A stretch of 32,000 bases of DNA from Propionibacterium freudenreichii subsp. freudenreichii (GCF_000940845.1 NZ_CP010341.1:660001-692000), one strand, 5' to 3'. Positions 20,931-29,071 are shown, counted from the first letter of the stretch. The notes: generated by a model not told the origin, from the sequence alone. A program made the numbers and translations.

Positions 20931-21004
20931 ACGGGGCTCCGGAGAGGAGCGCGCCCGGGGGAAGCGGCTACTCCTCGGCCGTTGCCTCGACGGTACGGAG
21001 TACG

Positions 21005-21092
21005 GACCCCATGAGGTGCTCCGGCTTGCCGCGCAGGCGGCTCACGGTTGCGGGACAGCTCCGGTTTCACACCGGCTTTCCCTCATCGGGTC
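21005..21092 (-). promoter_or_regulatory. Cobalamin (B12) riboswitch aptamer core
   Basis: Minus-strand RNA reads GACCCGAUGAGG-GAAAGCCGGUGUGAAACCGGAGCUGUCCCGCAACCGUGA-GCCGCCUGCGCGGC-AAGCCGGAGCACC-UCAUGGGGUC. It carries the conserved cobalamin core (AGGGAA..GGUG.GAA.CCGG..CUG.CCCGCAAC.GU) and a B12-box-like AAGCCGGAGCACC (21027-21015). The outer arms 21092-21081 and 21016-21005 pair with one mismatch. Recognised by eye, not by a covariance model. Confidence 0.8.
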
Positions 21093-21146
21093 ACGCAGCA
21101 CAATCTAGCCCAGCAGGGACGCCGCGAGGCGAGGGTTTGTGCTTGC

Positions 21147-21746
21147 TCAGTGCCGGCGCGTGACGTCGAACACCCGATAGCCCTTCGCTGAGCCGAGGCG
21201 ATCGACCTGCCAGCCCTGGCCGGTCAGCCATTTCGCCAGCGAGTCCGAGCCGAGGTTGTGGGCCACCACCAGGTGGGCGACACCATCCTCGGTGAGGCGG
21301 TTCAGCCAGGTGTCCAACAGCTCGTGCAGCGCGGCCTTGCCGATGCGGATCGGCGGGTTCGACCAGATTTCGTCGTAGCGCACGTCGGCGGGCACCTGAT
21401 CGGGGGCCGACGCGCTCACCCGACTCGCCACCCCCAGGGCCTTCGCGTTCATGGCGGTGAGTTCCACCGCACGCTCGTTCACGTCGATGGCGTCCACCCG
21501 GGCCCGGGGGCACTCGGTGGCAAGGGCGACGGCGATCGGTCCGAAGCCGCAGCCGAGATCGAGGAAGCGCGCCGGACGGTCCGCCGGCGGATCCAGGGTG
21601 CGCAGCAGCACCGAGGTGCCCAGGTCCAGGCGGTACTGGCTGAAGACGCCATTGGAGCTGCGGAACTCGTAGTCATGTCCCCAGATGGTGGCGTGCAGCT
21701 GGTGGTACTTGGCCGGGCCCTCGGGGTTGACGAAGTACTGGGTCAT
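21147..21746 (-). CDS. Class I SAM-dependent methyltransferase, RsmC/RlmG-like (MTS domain), 199 aa
   Basis: ORF 21147-21866 trimmed to ATG 21746 (GAGGAG 6 nt upstream). Motif I is FLDLGCGFGPIAVALA and motif IV is NPPIRIG, typical of N2-guanine rRNA methyltransferases. Confidence 0.75.
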   Translation of the reverse strand: MTQYFVNPEGPAKYHQLHATIWGHDYEFRSSNGVFSQYRLDLGTSVLLRTLDPPADRPARFLDLGCGFGPIAVALATECPRARVDAIDVNERAVELTAMNAKALGVASRVSASAPDQVPADVRYDEIWSNPPIRIGKAALHELLDTWLNRLTEDGVAHLVVAHNLGSDSLAKWLTGQGWQVDRLGSAKGYRVFDVTRRH

Positions 21747-21783
21747 CTGTGGCTCCTCATCGTGGCGGATGTCCATGATCGGC

Positions 21784-22659
21784 TCATCCCTCGAATCCGC
21801 AGCCGCAGTCGTCGCTGTCGACGGGGCCGGTGGTTTCCGGGCCAGCAGGCAGGGAGCGTCGCGCATGCGCCGCCCGTGCCCGCTGGGCCAGTTCGTGGTC
21901 GGGGGCGTAGGCGACCTGCTCGAGGCACAGGCCGCGGGCCGGCATGACGGTGACCGACCCGGCGCGCGTTGGGCCGGCGGCCACCTCGTCGAGCCAGTCC
22001 ATGGATTGGGTGCCGGAGCCGACCGCCACCAGCGCGCCGGTCAGCGAACGCACCATGGAGTGGCAGAAGGCGTCGGCCCGCACGGTGAGCTCGATTGTGC
22101 CGCACCCGTCCGCCACCCGGTGCGCCTCGCACTGCAACAGCGTGCGGATGGTGGTGGCGCCCTCGCGGCGACGGCAGAACGGCGCGAAATCACGCAGGCC
22201 CAGCAGCCGCGACCCGGCGGCGGTCATCAGTTCCGGGTCGAGGTCCAGCGACTTGGTGGTGACCATGCCGCGCAGCAGGGGATCGGGATGCGAGGAGAGG
22301 TCCCACAGCCGGTAGACATAGCGCCGCCAGATCGCCGCGAACCGGGCGTCGAAACCGGGCGGCGCCACGGTGAGGCGACGCACCACGATGTCGGGGGGCA
22401 GGGCCCGCAGGAGTCGGCGCTTCAGTTCCGCGGCGTCCATCGTGGCGGGCAGGTCGGCGTGGGCCACCTGGCCGCGCGCGTGGACGCCGGCGTCGGTGCG
22501 CCCCGCCACGACGAGCCGGACGGGTTGTGCGGTGCCGGCGATGCGGGTGAGCCAGGTGGCCAGCTCACCCTCCACCGTGCGTTGGCCCGGCTGCATCGCC
22601 CAGCCATGGAAGTGGCTGCCGTCATAGCTGAGGTCAAGGCGGAAGCGGCGATCACCCAT
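21784..22659 (-). CDS. truA: tRNA pseudouridine(38-40) synthase TruA, 291 aa
   Basis: ORF 21784-22800 trimmed to ATG 22659 (alternative 22668). RFRLDLSYDGSHFHGWAMQPGQRTVEGEL and the catalytic AGRTDAGVHA. It overlaps the trmB stop by 8 nt. Confidence 0.9.
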   Translation of the reverse strand: MGDRRFRLDLSYDGSHFHGWAMQPGQRTVEGELATWLTRIAGTAQPVRLVVAGRTDAGVHARGQVAHADLPATMDAAELKRRLLRALPPDIVVRRLTVAPPGFDARFAAIWRRYVYRLWDLSSHPDPLLRGMVTTKSLDLDPELMTAAGSRLLGLRDFAPFCRRREGATTIRTLLQCEAHRVADGCGTIELTVRADAFCHSMVRSLTGALVAVGSGTQSMDWLDEVAAGPTRAGSVTVMPARGLCLEQVAYAPDHELAQRARAAHARRSLPAGPETTGPVDSDDCGCGFEG

Positions 22660-23539
22660 TCTCGCCATCCCCCTCGGGGTGGACGCGACGGTAGGCCAGA
22701 TCGCGCACCTCGCGCCCGGCGTCCAGCCCACGCTTCTCGAAGCGGGTGAAGGGGCGGTCCGGGCGTGGCGCCCAGCCGCCGGGACGATCAGAGTAGACAT
22801 TGGTCAAGCCGGGCTCGGCGTCGAGCACCTCACGCATCTGGTCGGCATAGTCGGCCCAGTCGGTGGCCAGTCGCCACAACCCCCCGGGTGCCAGCCGGTC
22901 GGCCACCAGCGCCGCGAAGCCCGGCTGCACCAGGCGTCGCTTGTGGTGGCGCTTCTTCGGCCACGGATCGGGGAAAAAGGTCCACAATTCGCTCAGCTCA
23001 CCGGGCCGGACCAGTTCGCGCAGGCCCTCGCCACCATCGGCGACGACCAAGCGCACATTGTGCACATCGGCGCGGGCGAGCTTGCCCATCGTCGAGGCGA
23101 CGGCGGTCAGGTACACCTCGAAGGCGATCACATTGTCACTGGGGCGGGCACCCGCCATGGCCACCAAGGAGTCACCGACCCCCGAGCCGATCTCGGCGAC
23201 CAGGGGAGCTTGTCGCCCGAAGACCTGCGGCCAGCTCATGGTGGCGCCGTGGCGCACCGAGGTGGACAGCCGGTCGTGGGGCACCTCCACCAGGTATTCG
23301 CTGCTGTGGCTGGCCAGGGCCTGGCGCTGGGATTCGTTCATCCGCGGGCTGCGTCGTACGAAGGAGACCACGCCGCGGCGCCCATTGATGGGATCGACGC
23401 TTGAGTGACTGGTGCCGGAGGGGTCGGAGCTGGTTCCACCGGGGCCGAACCGGCCGCCAGCAGAGCCGTCTGCCATGGCATGGTGCACGCGCGCGTTGTC
23501 CGACACGGGATAGCAGCCTACTTTGCCCGCGCCCGACAT
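22652..23539 (-). CDS. trmB: tRNA (guanine46-N7)-methyltransferase TrmB
   Basis: SAM motif EIGSGVGD and the TrmB signature FFPDPWPKKRHHKRRL. The N-terminal Gly/Ser-rich region leaves the start uncertain (23539 or 23476). Confidence 0.85.
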   Translation of the reverse strand: MSGAGKVGCYPVSDNARVHHAMADGSAGGRFGPGGTSSDPSGTSHSSVDPINGRRGVVSFVRRSPRMNESQRQALASHSSEYLVEVPHDRLSTSVRHGATMSWPQVFGRQAPLVAEIGSGVGDSLVAMAGARPSDNVIAFEVYLTAVASTMGKLARADVHNVRLVVADGGEGLRELVRPGELSELWTFFPDPWPKKRHHKRRLVQPGFAALVADRLAPGGLWRLATDWADYADQMREVLDAEPGLTNVYSDRPGGWAPRPDRPFTRFEKRGLDAGREVRDLAYRRVHPEGDGENG

Positions 23540-23660
23540 GCCGTGGACGGCCCCGGACGCGTCGGCTGAAAAGGGGGCATGGGGGACCTAGGCTCACAAG
23601 AAGTGTTCGATCCGTGGGCACACAGGGCCTGCGGGAGGCGCCCCGACCCATGGAGGAACG

Positions 23661-24056
23661 ATGCCCAAACCACTGGCCACACTGCTCAATGTCATCTGGC
23701 TCGTCCTGGGCGGCGTCTGGCTCGCGCTGGGATATGTGGTGGCCGGGGTGATCGGTTGCGTGCTCATCGTCACCATTCCCGCCGGCATCGCATCCTTGCG
23801 CATGGCCCGCTATGTGCTGTGGCCCTTCGGGCGCACCGTCGTGCCCAAGCCGGGTGCCGGTGCGGGCACCGCCGCGATGAACGTCATCTGGATGATCGTC
23901 GCCGGCTGGTGGCTCGCCCTGCTGCACATCATCAGTGCCCTGGCCCAGGCCGTCACGATCGTGGGCATCGCCAACGCGGTGGTGTCCCTCAAGATGATCC
24001 CGATCAGCGTGATGCCCTTCGGCAAGCAGATCGTCAGCACGACCTCGAACCGCTGA
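23661..24056 (+). CDS. yccF: YccF-like inner membrane protein (DUF307), 131 aa
   Basis: Duplicated NVIWLVLGGVWLALGYVVAG / NVIWMIVAGWWLALLHIISA modules with IPxG...SLKM, as in YccF. RBS GGAGGA. Confidence 0.7.
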   Translation: MPKPLATLLNVIWLVLGGVWLALGYVVAGVIGCVLIVTIPAGIASLRMARYVLWPFGRTVVPKPGAGAGTAAMNVIWMIVAGWWLALLHIISALAQAVTIVGIANAVVSLKMIPISVMPFGKQIVSTTSNR

Positions 24057-24128
24057 CTGTCGGGCTGCTGGGGTTCGGACTGCAGAGGGCCGGACCGGCG
24101 GTCGCCCGTCGCCGTGGCACCGCATCAG

Positions 24129-24173
24129 GTCCCATGGGGAGGGTCCCCGCCCGGGGGACCCTCCCCATGGGAC
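24129..24173. terminator. Perfect 20-bp hairpin between convergent yccF and EF-G-like genes (bidirectional terminator candidate)
   Basis: GTCCCATGGGGAGGGTCCCC-GCCCG-GGGGACCCTCCCCATGGGAC. Confidence 0.6.
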
Positions 24174-24187
24174 GCGTGAGCCGGGGC

Positions 24188-26305
24188 TCAGCCCCGCTCG
24201 TCCAGCACCTGCTGCGCCAGCTCGGGCGGCATCAGTTCATAGCCGGCCGGCTCGCGTTCGAAGCGTCCGGTGCCGTGCGAAAGGCCCCGCAGGTCAATGG
24301 CATAGCGGGTCAGCTCGCTGGCGGGTACCAGTGCCGTCACGGTGGTGCGCCCGTCGTCACCGCCGTGCTGGCCGGTCACGCGTCCGCGCCGTGAGCCGAG
24401 GTCAGTCATCACCGCGCCGACGTATTCGTTGCCGCAGACCACGGTGACCTCGTCGAAGGGCTCCAGCAGCGCCACCGTCTCCGCGCTGGCCGCATCACGC
24501 AGCGCCGCGGCCCCGGCCGCCTGGAAGGCCATGTCGGAGGAGTCCACCGAATGCGCCTTGCCGTCGGTGAGGGTGACCTTCACGTCCACCACGGGGTATC
24601 CGCTGAGCACGCCGCGATCCAGCTGGGTGCGCACGCCCTTCTCGACCGACGGGATGAACTGCCTGGGCACCGAGCCACCCACCACCTCCTCGGCGAAGAC
24701 GAAGCCCGAGCCGCGCTCACCGGGTTCGATGCGGACGTTCGCCAGGGCGTACTGCCCATGCCCGCCGGACTGCTTCACATGGCGTCCATGGCCCACCGTC
24801 TCGGCGATGAAGGTCTCGCGCAGGGGGATCTTGATCTCCTCGCGCTCGACGTTGACGCCGTAGCGGCCGGTCAGGCGGGCCAGCAGCAGGTCGAGGTGGG
24901 CCTGGCCCATCGTCCACAGCACCAGCTGGTCGGTGGCGGGGTCCCGTTCCACGCTCACGGTGGGGTCCTCCACCAGCAGTCGCTGCAGGGCATTGGACAA
25001 CTTGTCGTCGTCGTTGCGGCTGGTGGCATGCAGCGCCAGGGGCAACAGGGGGCGGGGCAGCGGCCAGGGCTCCACCACCATGGGGGCGTCGGTGTCCGAC
25101 AGCGTGTCGGAGGTCTGCGCGTGCGCCATCCGGGCCACATAGACGATCTGGCCGGCGATGGCGGCATCCTGCACGGCGGTGTCGGTGCCCACCGGCACGG
25201 TGATCTGGCCGACGCGCTCCTCGTCATCGTGGTCGGGATGGTGATCCAGGGCGCGGCCGGTCATCGCCTCACGGTGCCCGGCCACGTGCACCGTGGCATC
25301 GGTGCGCAGGGTGCCCGAATAGATGCGCACCATCGACAGGCGCCCGGCGTAGGGGTCGGCCACCGTGCGGATCACCTGCGCCACGAGCGGTCCGGCGGGA
25401 TCGCCCAGTTCGGGTTCCACCAGGTCGTTGCCGGCCGTGGTGATCGCGGGCAGCACGCGACGGTTGGGCATCGGGAAGCCGCGATGGATCATGCCGAGCA
25501 GTTCCTCCACGCCGATGCCGTCCATCAGCACGGGGATCACCGGGAAGAAGGTGCCGTGGTAGAGCGTCCGGAACAGCGCCTCCACGACCTTGCCGGTCTC
25601 GAGGTCGTCGCCGTTGAAGTAGCGCTCCAGCAGGTCCTCATCCTCGGACTCGGTGATGATGCTCTCGACGTAGTCGGCGCGGAAGGCATCCATCTCCGCG
25701 CGTTCCAGTGGGGTGGTGTCGCGGGTGACGCGCTGGCCGGACGAATAGTCGTGCACATGGCCGGTGAGCAGGCTGATGTTGCCGATCACCTCGCCGCCCT
25801 CCTCGCGCAGCAGGGGCAGGTATGCCGGATGCGTGCCGGCACCGAAGGCCTCGTGGATGAGCTCGGTGGTGGCGAAGAAGTCGGCCTTGTCGGTGTCGAG
25901 CTTGGTCACCACGATCGCCCGCGGCTTGTTCACCTCGGCACACTCGGCCCACAGGGCGGCCGTGATGGGGTCGGCGCCATCGGCGGCACTCACCACGAAC
26001 ACGGCCCCATCGGCGGCCCTCAACCCGGCACGCAGGTCGCCGTAGAAGTCGGGATGGCCGGGGGCGTCCAGCAGGTTGATCACCACATCGGAGCCGGCGG
26101 TGTCATTGTGGTTGCCGATCGTGGCAAGCGTCAGGGCCGAGGCGCGCTCGGCATCGTCACGTTCGCCGCGATAGCCCGGTATGCGGGCCCGCAGGAGGTT
26201 CTCGAACAGGGTGGTCTTGCCCGACCCTGCGGAGCCGACGAGCACCACATTGCGCAGGTCGGTGGGGGAGGAAACGGTTCTCATCGCGTTCGCCTTTGAA
26301 CTCAT
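24188..26305 (-). CDS. Elongation factor G paralogue (EF-G2-like translational GTPase), about 700 aa
   Basis: G1 VGSAGSGKTT, G3 DAPGHPDF, G4 TKLD, and EF-G-like domains II-V by length and patterns. It lies outside the str operon context. The start is ATG 26305 or 26284. Confidence 0.8.
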   Translation of the reverse strand: MSSKANAMRTVSSPTDLRNVVLVGSAGSGKTTLFENLLRARIPGYRGERDDAERASALTLATIGNHNDTAGSDVVINLLDAPGHPDFYGDLRAGLRAADGAVFVVSAADGADPITAALWAECAEVNKPRAIVVTKLDTDKADFFATTELIHEAFGAGTHPAYLPLLREEGGEVIGNISLLTGHVHDYSSGQRVTRDTTPLERAEMDAFRADYVESIITESEDEDLLERYFNGDDLETGKVVEALFRTLYHGTFFPVIPVLMDGIGVEELLGMIHRGFPMPNRRVLPAITTAGNDLVEPELGDPAGPLVAQVIRTVADPYAGRLSMVRIYSGTLRTDATVHVAGHREAMTGRALDHHPDHDDEERVGQITVPVGTDTAVQDAAIAGQIVYVARMAHAQTSDTLSDTDAPMVVEPWPLPRPLLPLALHATSRNDDDKLSNALQRLLVEDPTVSVERDPATDQLVLWTMGQAHLDLLLARLTGRYGVNVEREEIKIPLRETFIAETVGHGRHVKQSGGHGQYALANVRIEPGERGSGFVFAEEVVGGSVPRQFIPSVEKGVRTQLDRGVLSGYPVVDVKVTLTDGKAHSVDSSDMAFQAAGAAALRDAASAETVALLEPFDEVTVVCGNEYVGAVMTDLGSRRGRVTGQHGGDDGRTTVTALVPASELTRYAIDLRGLSHGTGRFEREPAGYELMPPELAQQVLDERG

Positions 26306-26424
26306 GACCCAACATTGCCCGCACCCCGTCGCGACGCGCAAGGTTTTGGCACATTCTGCAGGCCCTATTACGCCTGTCATGGGCATGTACGGCCCCGAAC
26401 CGGGGAAAAGTCGGCTATGCGAGT

Positions 26425-26454
26425 TTGACCGGGGTACATCCGGCGGACTACCTT
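26425..26454 (+). promoter_or_regulatory. Candidate promoter for rplM-rpsI: TTGACC-18 nt-TACCTT
   Basis: -35 TTGACC at 26425-26430 and -10 TACCTT (TANNNT) at 26449-26454, about 130 nt upstream of the rplM GTG. Sequence match only. Confidence 0.35.
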
Positions 26455-26584
26455 AGATAGCTGTTGCGCCCCTGCGTCGGGTGACGTCGCGCTCGGGTTT
26501 CACTCTTGTGACCCCGAAGCCGTGCGAGCCGGACGGAGCGCTCTCAGAATTCGTTGTGAACCTAGTGGAAGATGGTCTGCGACC

Positions 26585-27028
26585 GTGTCAACCTACAGCC
26601 CGAAGCCTGGCGACATCACCAGGACCTGGCATGTCATCGATGCCGAGGATGTCGTGCTCGGACATCTCGCCGTGGCCGCTGCCACTCTGCTGCGCGGCAA
26701 GCACAAGCCGACGTATGCGCCTCATATGGATACCGGCGATTTCGTCGTCATCGTGAATGCCTCGAAGATCGCCATCAGTGGCAACAAGCGCGAGGGTTCC
26801 CTGCGCCACCGCCACTCCGGCCGTCCCGGTGGCCTGCACACGACCTCGATCGGTGAGCTGCTCGACAGCGATCCGCGCAAGGCCGTCGAGCTCGCCGTGT
26901 GGGGCATGATGCCGAAGAACAAGCTGAGCCGTCAGCAGATGTCGAAGCTGAAGGTTTACGCCGGGCCTGATAACCCGCACAAGGCTCAGAATCCTGAGCC
27001 CTACGAAATCAAGCAGGTTGCGCAGTGA
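26585..27028 (+). CDS. rplM: 50S ribosomal protein L13, 147 aa
   Basis: ORF 26522-27028 trimmed to GTG 26585 ([26 protein letters not shown] is the canonical L13 N-terminus). Confidence 0.95.
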   Translation: MSTYSPKPGDITRTWHVIDAEDVVLGHLAVAAATLLRGKHKPTYAPHMDTGDFVVIVNASKIAISGNKREGSLRHRHSGRPGGLHTTSIGELLDSDPRKAVELAVWGMMPKNKLSRQQMSKLKVYAGPDNPHKAQNPEPYEIKQVAQ

Positions 27029-27576
27029 GCGCGCCGACCAACGAGGATTCGACTGTGTCACAGACCACCAATGACGACGTCGAGACCGGCACGACGCCGT
27101 TCACCGACGAGAACAACCGCGAGATCGCCTATCGCGCTGACTCCACCGGAGCTGCTCCGAACGCCTCAACGTCGCGTTCGGCTGTCATCGCTCCCGGAAT
27201 CGGCCTGGGTCGCCGCAAGGAAGCCGTCGCCCGCGTGCGACTGACTCCCGGCACCGGCAAGTACACCGTCAACGGCAAGACCCTTGAGGCGTACTTCCCC
27301 AACAAGCTGCACCAGCAGCTGATCAACGAGCCCTTCGTGGTGTCCGGCTCCGCCGACGCCTATGACGTCGTGGCCCGCATCGTTGGTGGCGGCATCTCCG
27401 GTCAGGCCGGCGCCCTGCGCCTGGGCATCGCCCGTGCGCTCAACCAGATCGACGAAGAGGTGAACCGTCCCGGGCTGAAGAAGGCCGGACTGCTCACCCG
27501 CGATTCGCGCGCCGTCGAGCGCAAGAAGGCCGGCCTGAAGAAGGCCCGCAAGGCCCCGCAGTACTCCAAGCGCTGA
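27025..27576 (+). CDS. rpsI: 30S ribosomal protein S9 with acidic N-terminal extension, 183 aa
   Basis: [17 protein letters not shown]...RKAPQYSKR core. GTG 27025 overlaps the rplM stop (GTGA). Confidence 0.93.
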   Translation: MSAPTNEDSTVSQTTNDDVETGTTPFTDENNREIAYRADSTGAAPNASTSRSAVIAPGIGLGRRKEAVARVRLTPGTGKYTVNGKTLEAYFPNKLHQQLINEPFVVSGSADAYDVVARIVGGGISGQAGALRLGIARALNQIDEEVNRPGLKKAGLLTRDSRAVERKKAGLKKARKAPQYSKR

Positions 27577-27591
27577 TCCACGCGCCCACTT

Positions 27592-27626
27592 CGAATGGCT
27601 CGACCCCGCTGGGGCCGAGCCATTCG
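27592..27626 (+). terminator. Hairpin terminator candidate after rpsI
   Basis: CGAATGGCTCG (27592-27602) pairs with CGAGCCATTCG (27616-27626), with an inner CCCC/GGGG stem. It is followed by GCGTTGTGG, a weak U tract. Confidence 0.55.
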
Positions 27627-27700
27627 GCGTTGTGGGGATATCCCCTTGTCACGGCCTGCCCCCGCGCGGCAGGGGGCGCTGTCAGCGTAAAGTTCGGCGC

Positions 27701-29071
27701 ATGTCTCGACTTTTCGGAACCGACGGCGTGCGCGGTGTCGCCAACGACGATCTGACCCCAGAGCTGGCCTTCAAGCTGTCCGTGGCGGCGGCCCATGTGC
27801 TGGGTGAGGCAGGTGCCTTCGACGGGCGCCGTGCCGTGGCGATCGTGGGACGCGACACCCGGATCTCCGGTGAGTTGCTGCAGGCCTCCGTGATGAGCGG
27901 CCTGGCCAGCGCCGGCGTGGACGTCATCGATGTGGGTGTCATCCCAACCCCCGGCCTCGCCTACCTGGTGGAGTCGCAGGGCGTTGACGTGGGCGTCATG
28001 CTGTCGGCCAGCCACAATCCGATGCCCGACAACGGCGTGAAGTTCTTCCAGCGCGGCGGCGTCAAGCTCGACGACAAGATCGAGGACGTCATCCAGGAGC
28101 GCCTTGATGAGGACTGGGTGCGTCCCGTTGGTGCCGCGGTGGGACGCATCAAGCCCGATTCCAGCCTCATCCAGACCTATATCTCGCACCTGGTGGGTTC
28201 CCTGCGCGGCGTGAGCCTCAAGGGCCTCACGGTGGTGCTCGACTGTGCCAATGGCTCGTCGTCGGTGACGGCGGTGCCGGCCTTCAGCTCCACCGGGGCA
28301 CAGGTGCTGGCCATCAACGGCCAGCCCAATGGGCTCAACATCAACGAGAATGCGGGTTCGACCCATATCGGGGGACTGCAGAAGCGCGTCGTGGCCGAGG
28401 GGGCCGACATGGGCTTCGCCTTCGACGGGGACGCCGACCGCTGCCTGGCCGTGGACGCCGACGGCCATGTCGTGGACGGCGACCAGATCATGGCCATCCT
28501 GGCGCTGGCCCTCAAGGACGAGGACTCCCTGGCCGAGGACACGCTGGTGGCCACCATCATGAGCAACCTGGGGCTCATCCAGGCGATGCGCGCCCACGGC
28601 GTGAAGGTTGACCAGACCAAGGTCGGTGACCGCTATGTGCTGGAGGACATGGTGGCCAATGGGTTCTCCCTGGGCGGCGAACAGTCCGGCCATGTGATCA
28701 TGAGCGAGTTCGCCACCACCGGCGACGGCGTGCTCACCGCCCTGCACGTGGCGTCCCGGGCTGCCCAGACCGGCAAGAGCCTGGCCGAGCTCGCCGGAGT
28801 GATGCACCGCCTTCCCCAGGCACTGGTGAATGTGCCGAATGTGGACAAGTTGCGTGCGGCCCTCGACCCGGTGATCCAGTCGGAGGCGAATGCCGCCAAC
28901 AAGAAGCTCGGCAATTCCGGACGCGTCGTGTTGCGTCCCAGCGGTACCGAGCCGCTGGTGCGGGTGATGGTGGAGGCCGCCACGCAGGACGAGGCCGATG
29001 AGATCGCCAATGCCCTGGCCAAGGTCGTCGCCGAGCGGGTGGGACTGAGCAAGGCGGGCCGGGCGAGCTAG
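27701..29071 (+). CDS. glmM: Phosphoglucosamine mutase, 456 aa
   Basis: ORF 27632-29071 trimmed to ATG 27701 (MSRLFGTDGVRG). Phosphoserine loop SASHNPMPDNG, Mg site FDGDADRC, and GGEQSGH. Confidence 0.95.
   Translation: MSRLFGTDGVRGVANDDLTPELAFKLSVAAAHVLGEAGAFDGRRAVAIVGRDTRISGELLQASVMSGLASAGVDVIDVGVIPTPGLAYLVESQGVDVGVMLSASHNPMPDNGVKFFQRGGVKLDDKIEDVIQERLDEDWVRPVGAAVGRIKPDSSLIQTYISHLVGSLRGVSLKGLTVVLDCANGSSSVTAVPAFSSTGAQVLAINGQPNGLNINENAGSTHIGGLQKRVVAEGADMGFAFDGDADRCLAVDADGHVVDGDQIMAILALALKDEDSLAEDTLVATIMSNLGLIQAMRAHGVKVDQTKVGDRYVLEDMVANGFSLGGEQSGHVIMSEFATTGDGVLTALHVASRAAQTGKSLAELAGVMHRLPQALVNVPNVDKLRAALDPVIQSEANAANKKLGNSGRVVLRPSGTEPLVRVMVEAATQDEADEIANALAKVVAERVGLSKAGRAS

Noticed and set aside
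20867-21070. A 67-aa ORF (MKPELSRNREPP...) overlapping the leader of the lipoprotein gene.
   Set aside because: It coincides exactly with the riboswitch aptamer and expression platform. It starts at a GTG inside the conserved GGUGUGAAACCGG element and has no RBS.
24188-26305. Calling the EF-G paralogue a tetracycline ribosomal-protection protein.
   Set aside because: There is no resistance context and no recognisable Tet(M)/Tet(O)-specific features that I can verify by eye. EF-G2-like is the conservative call.
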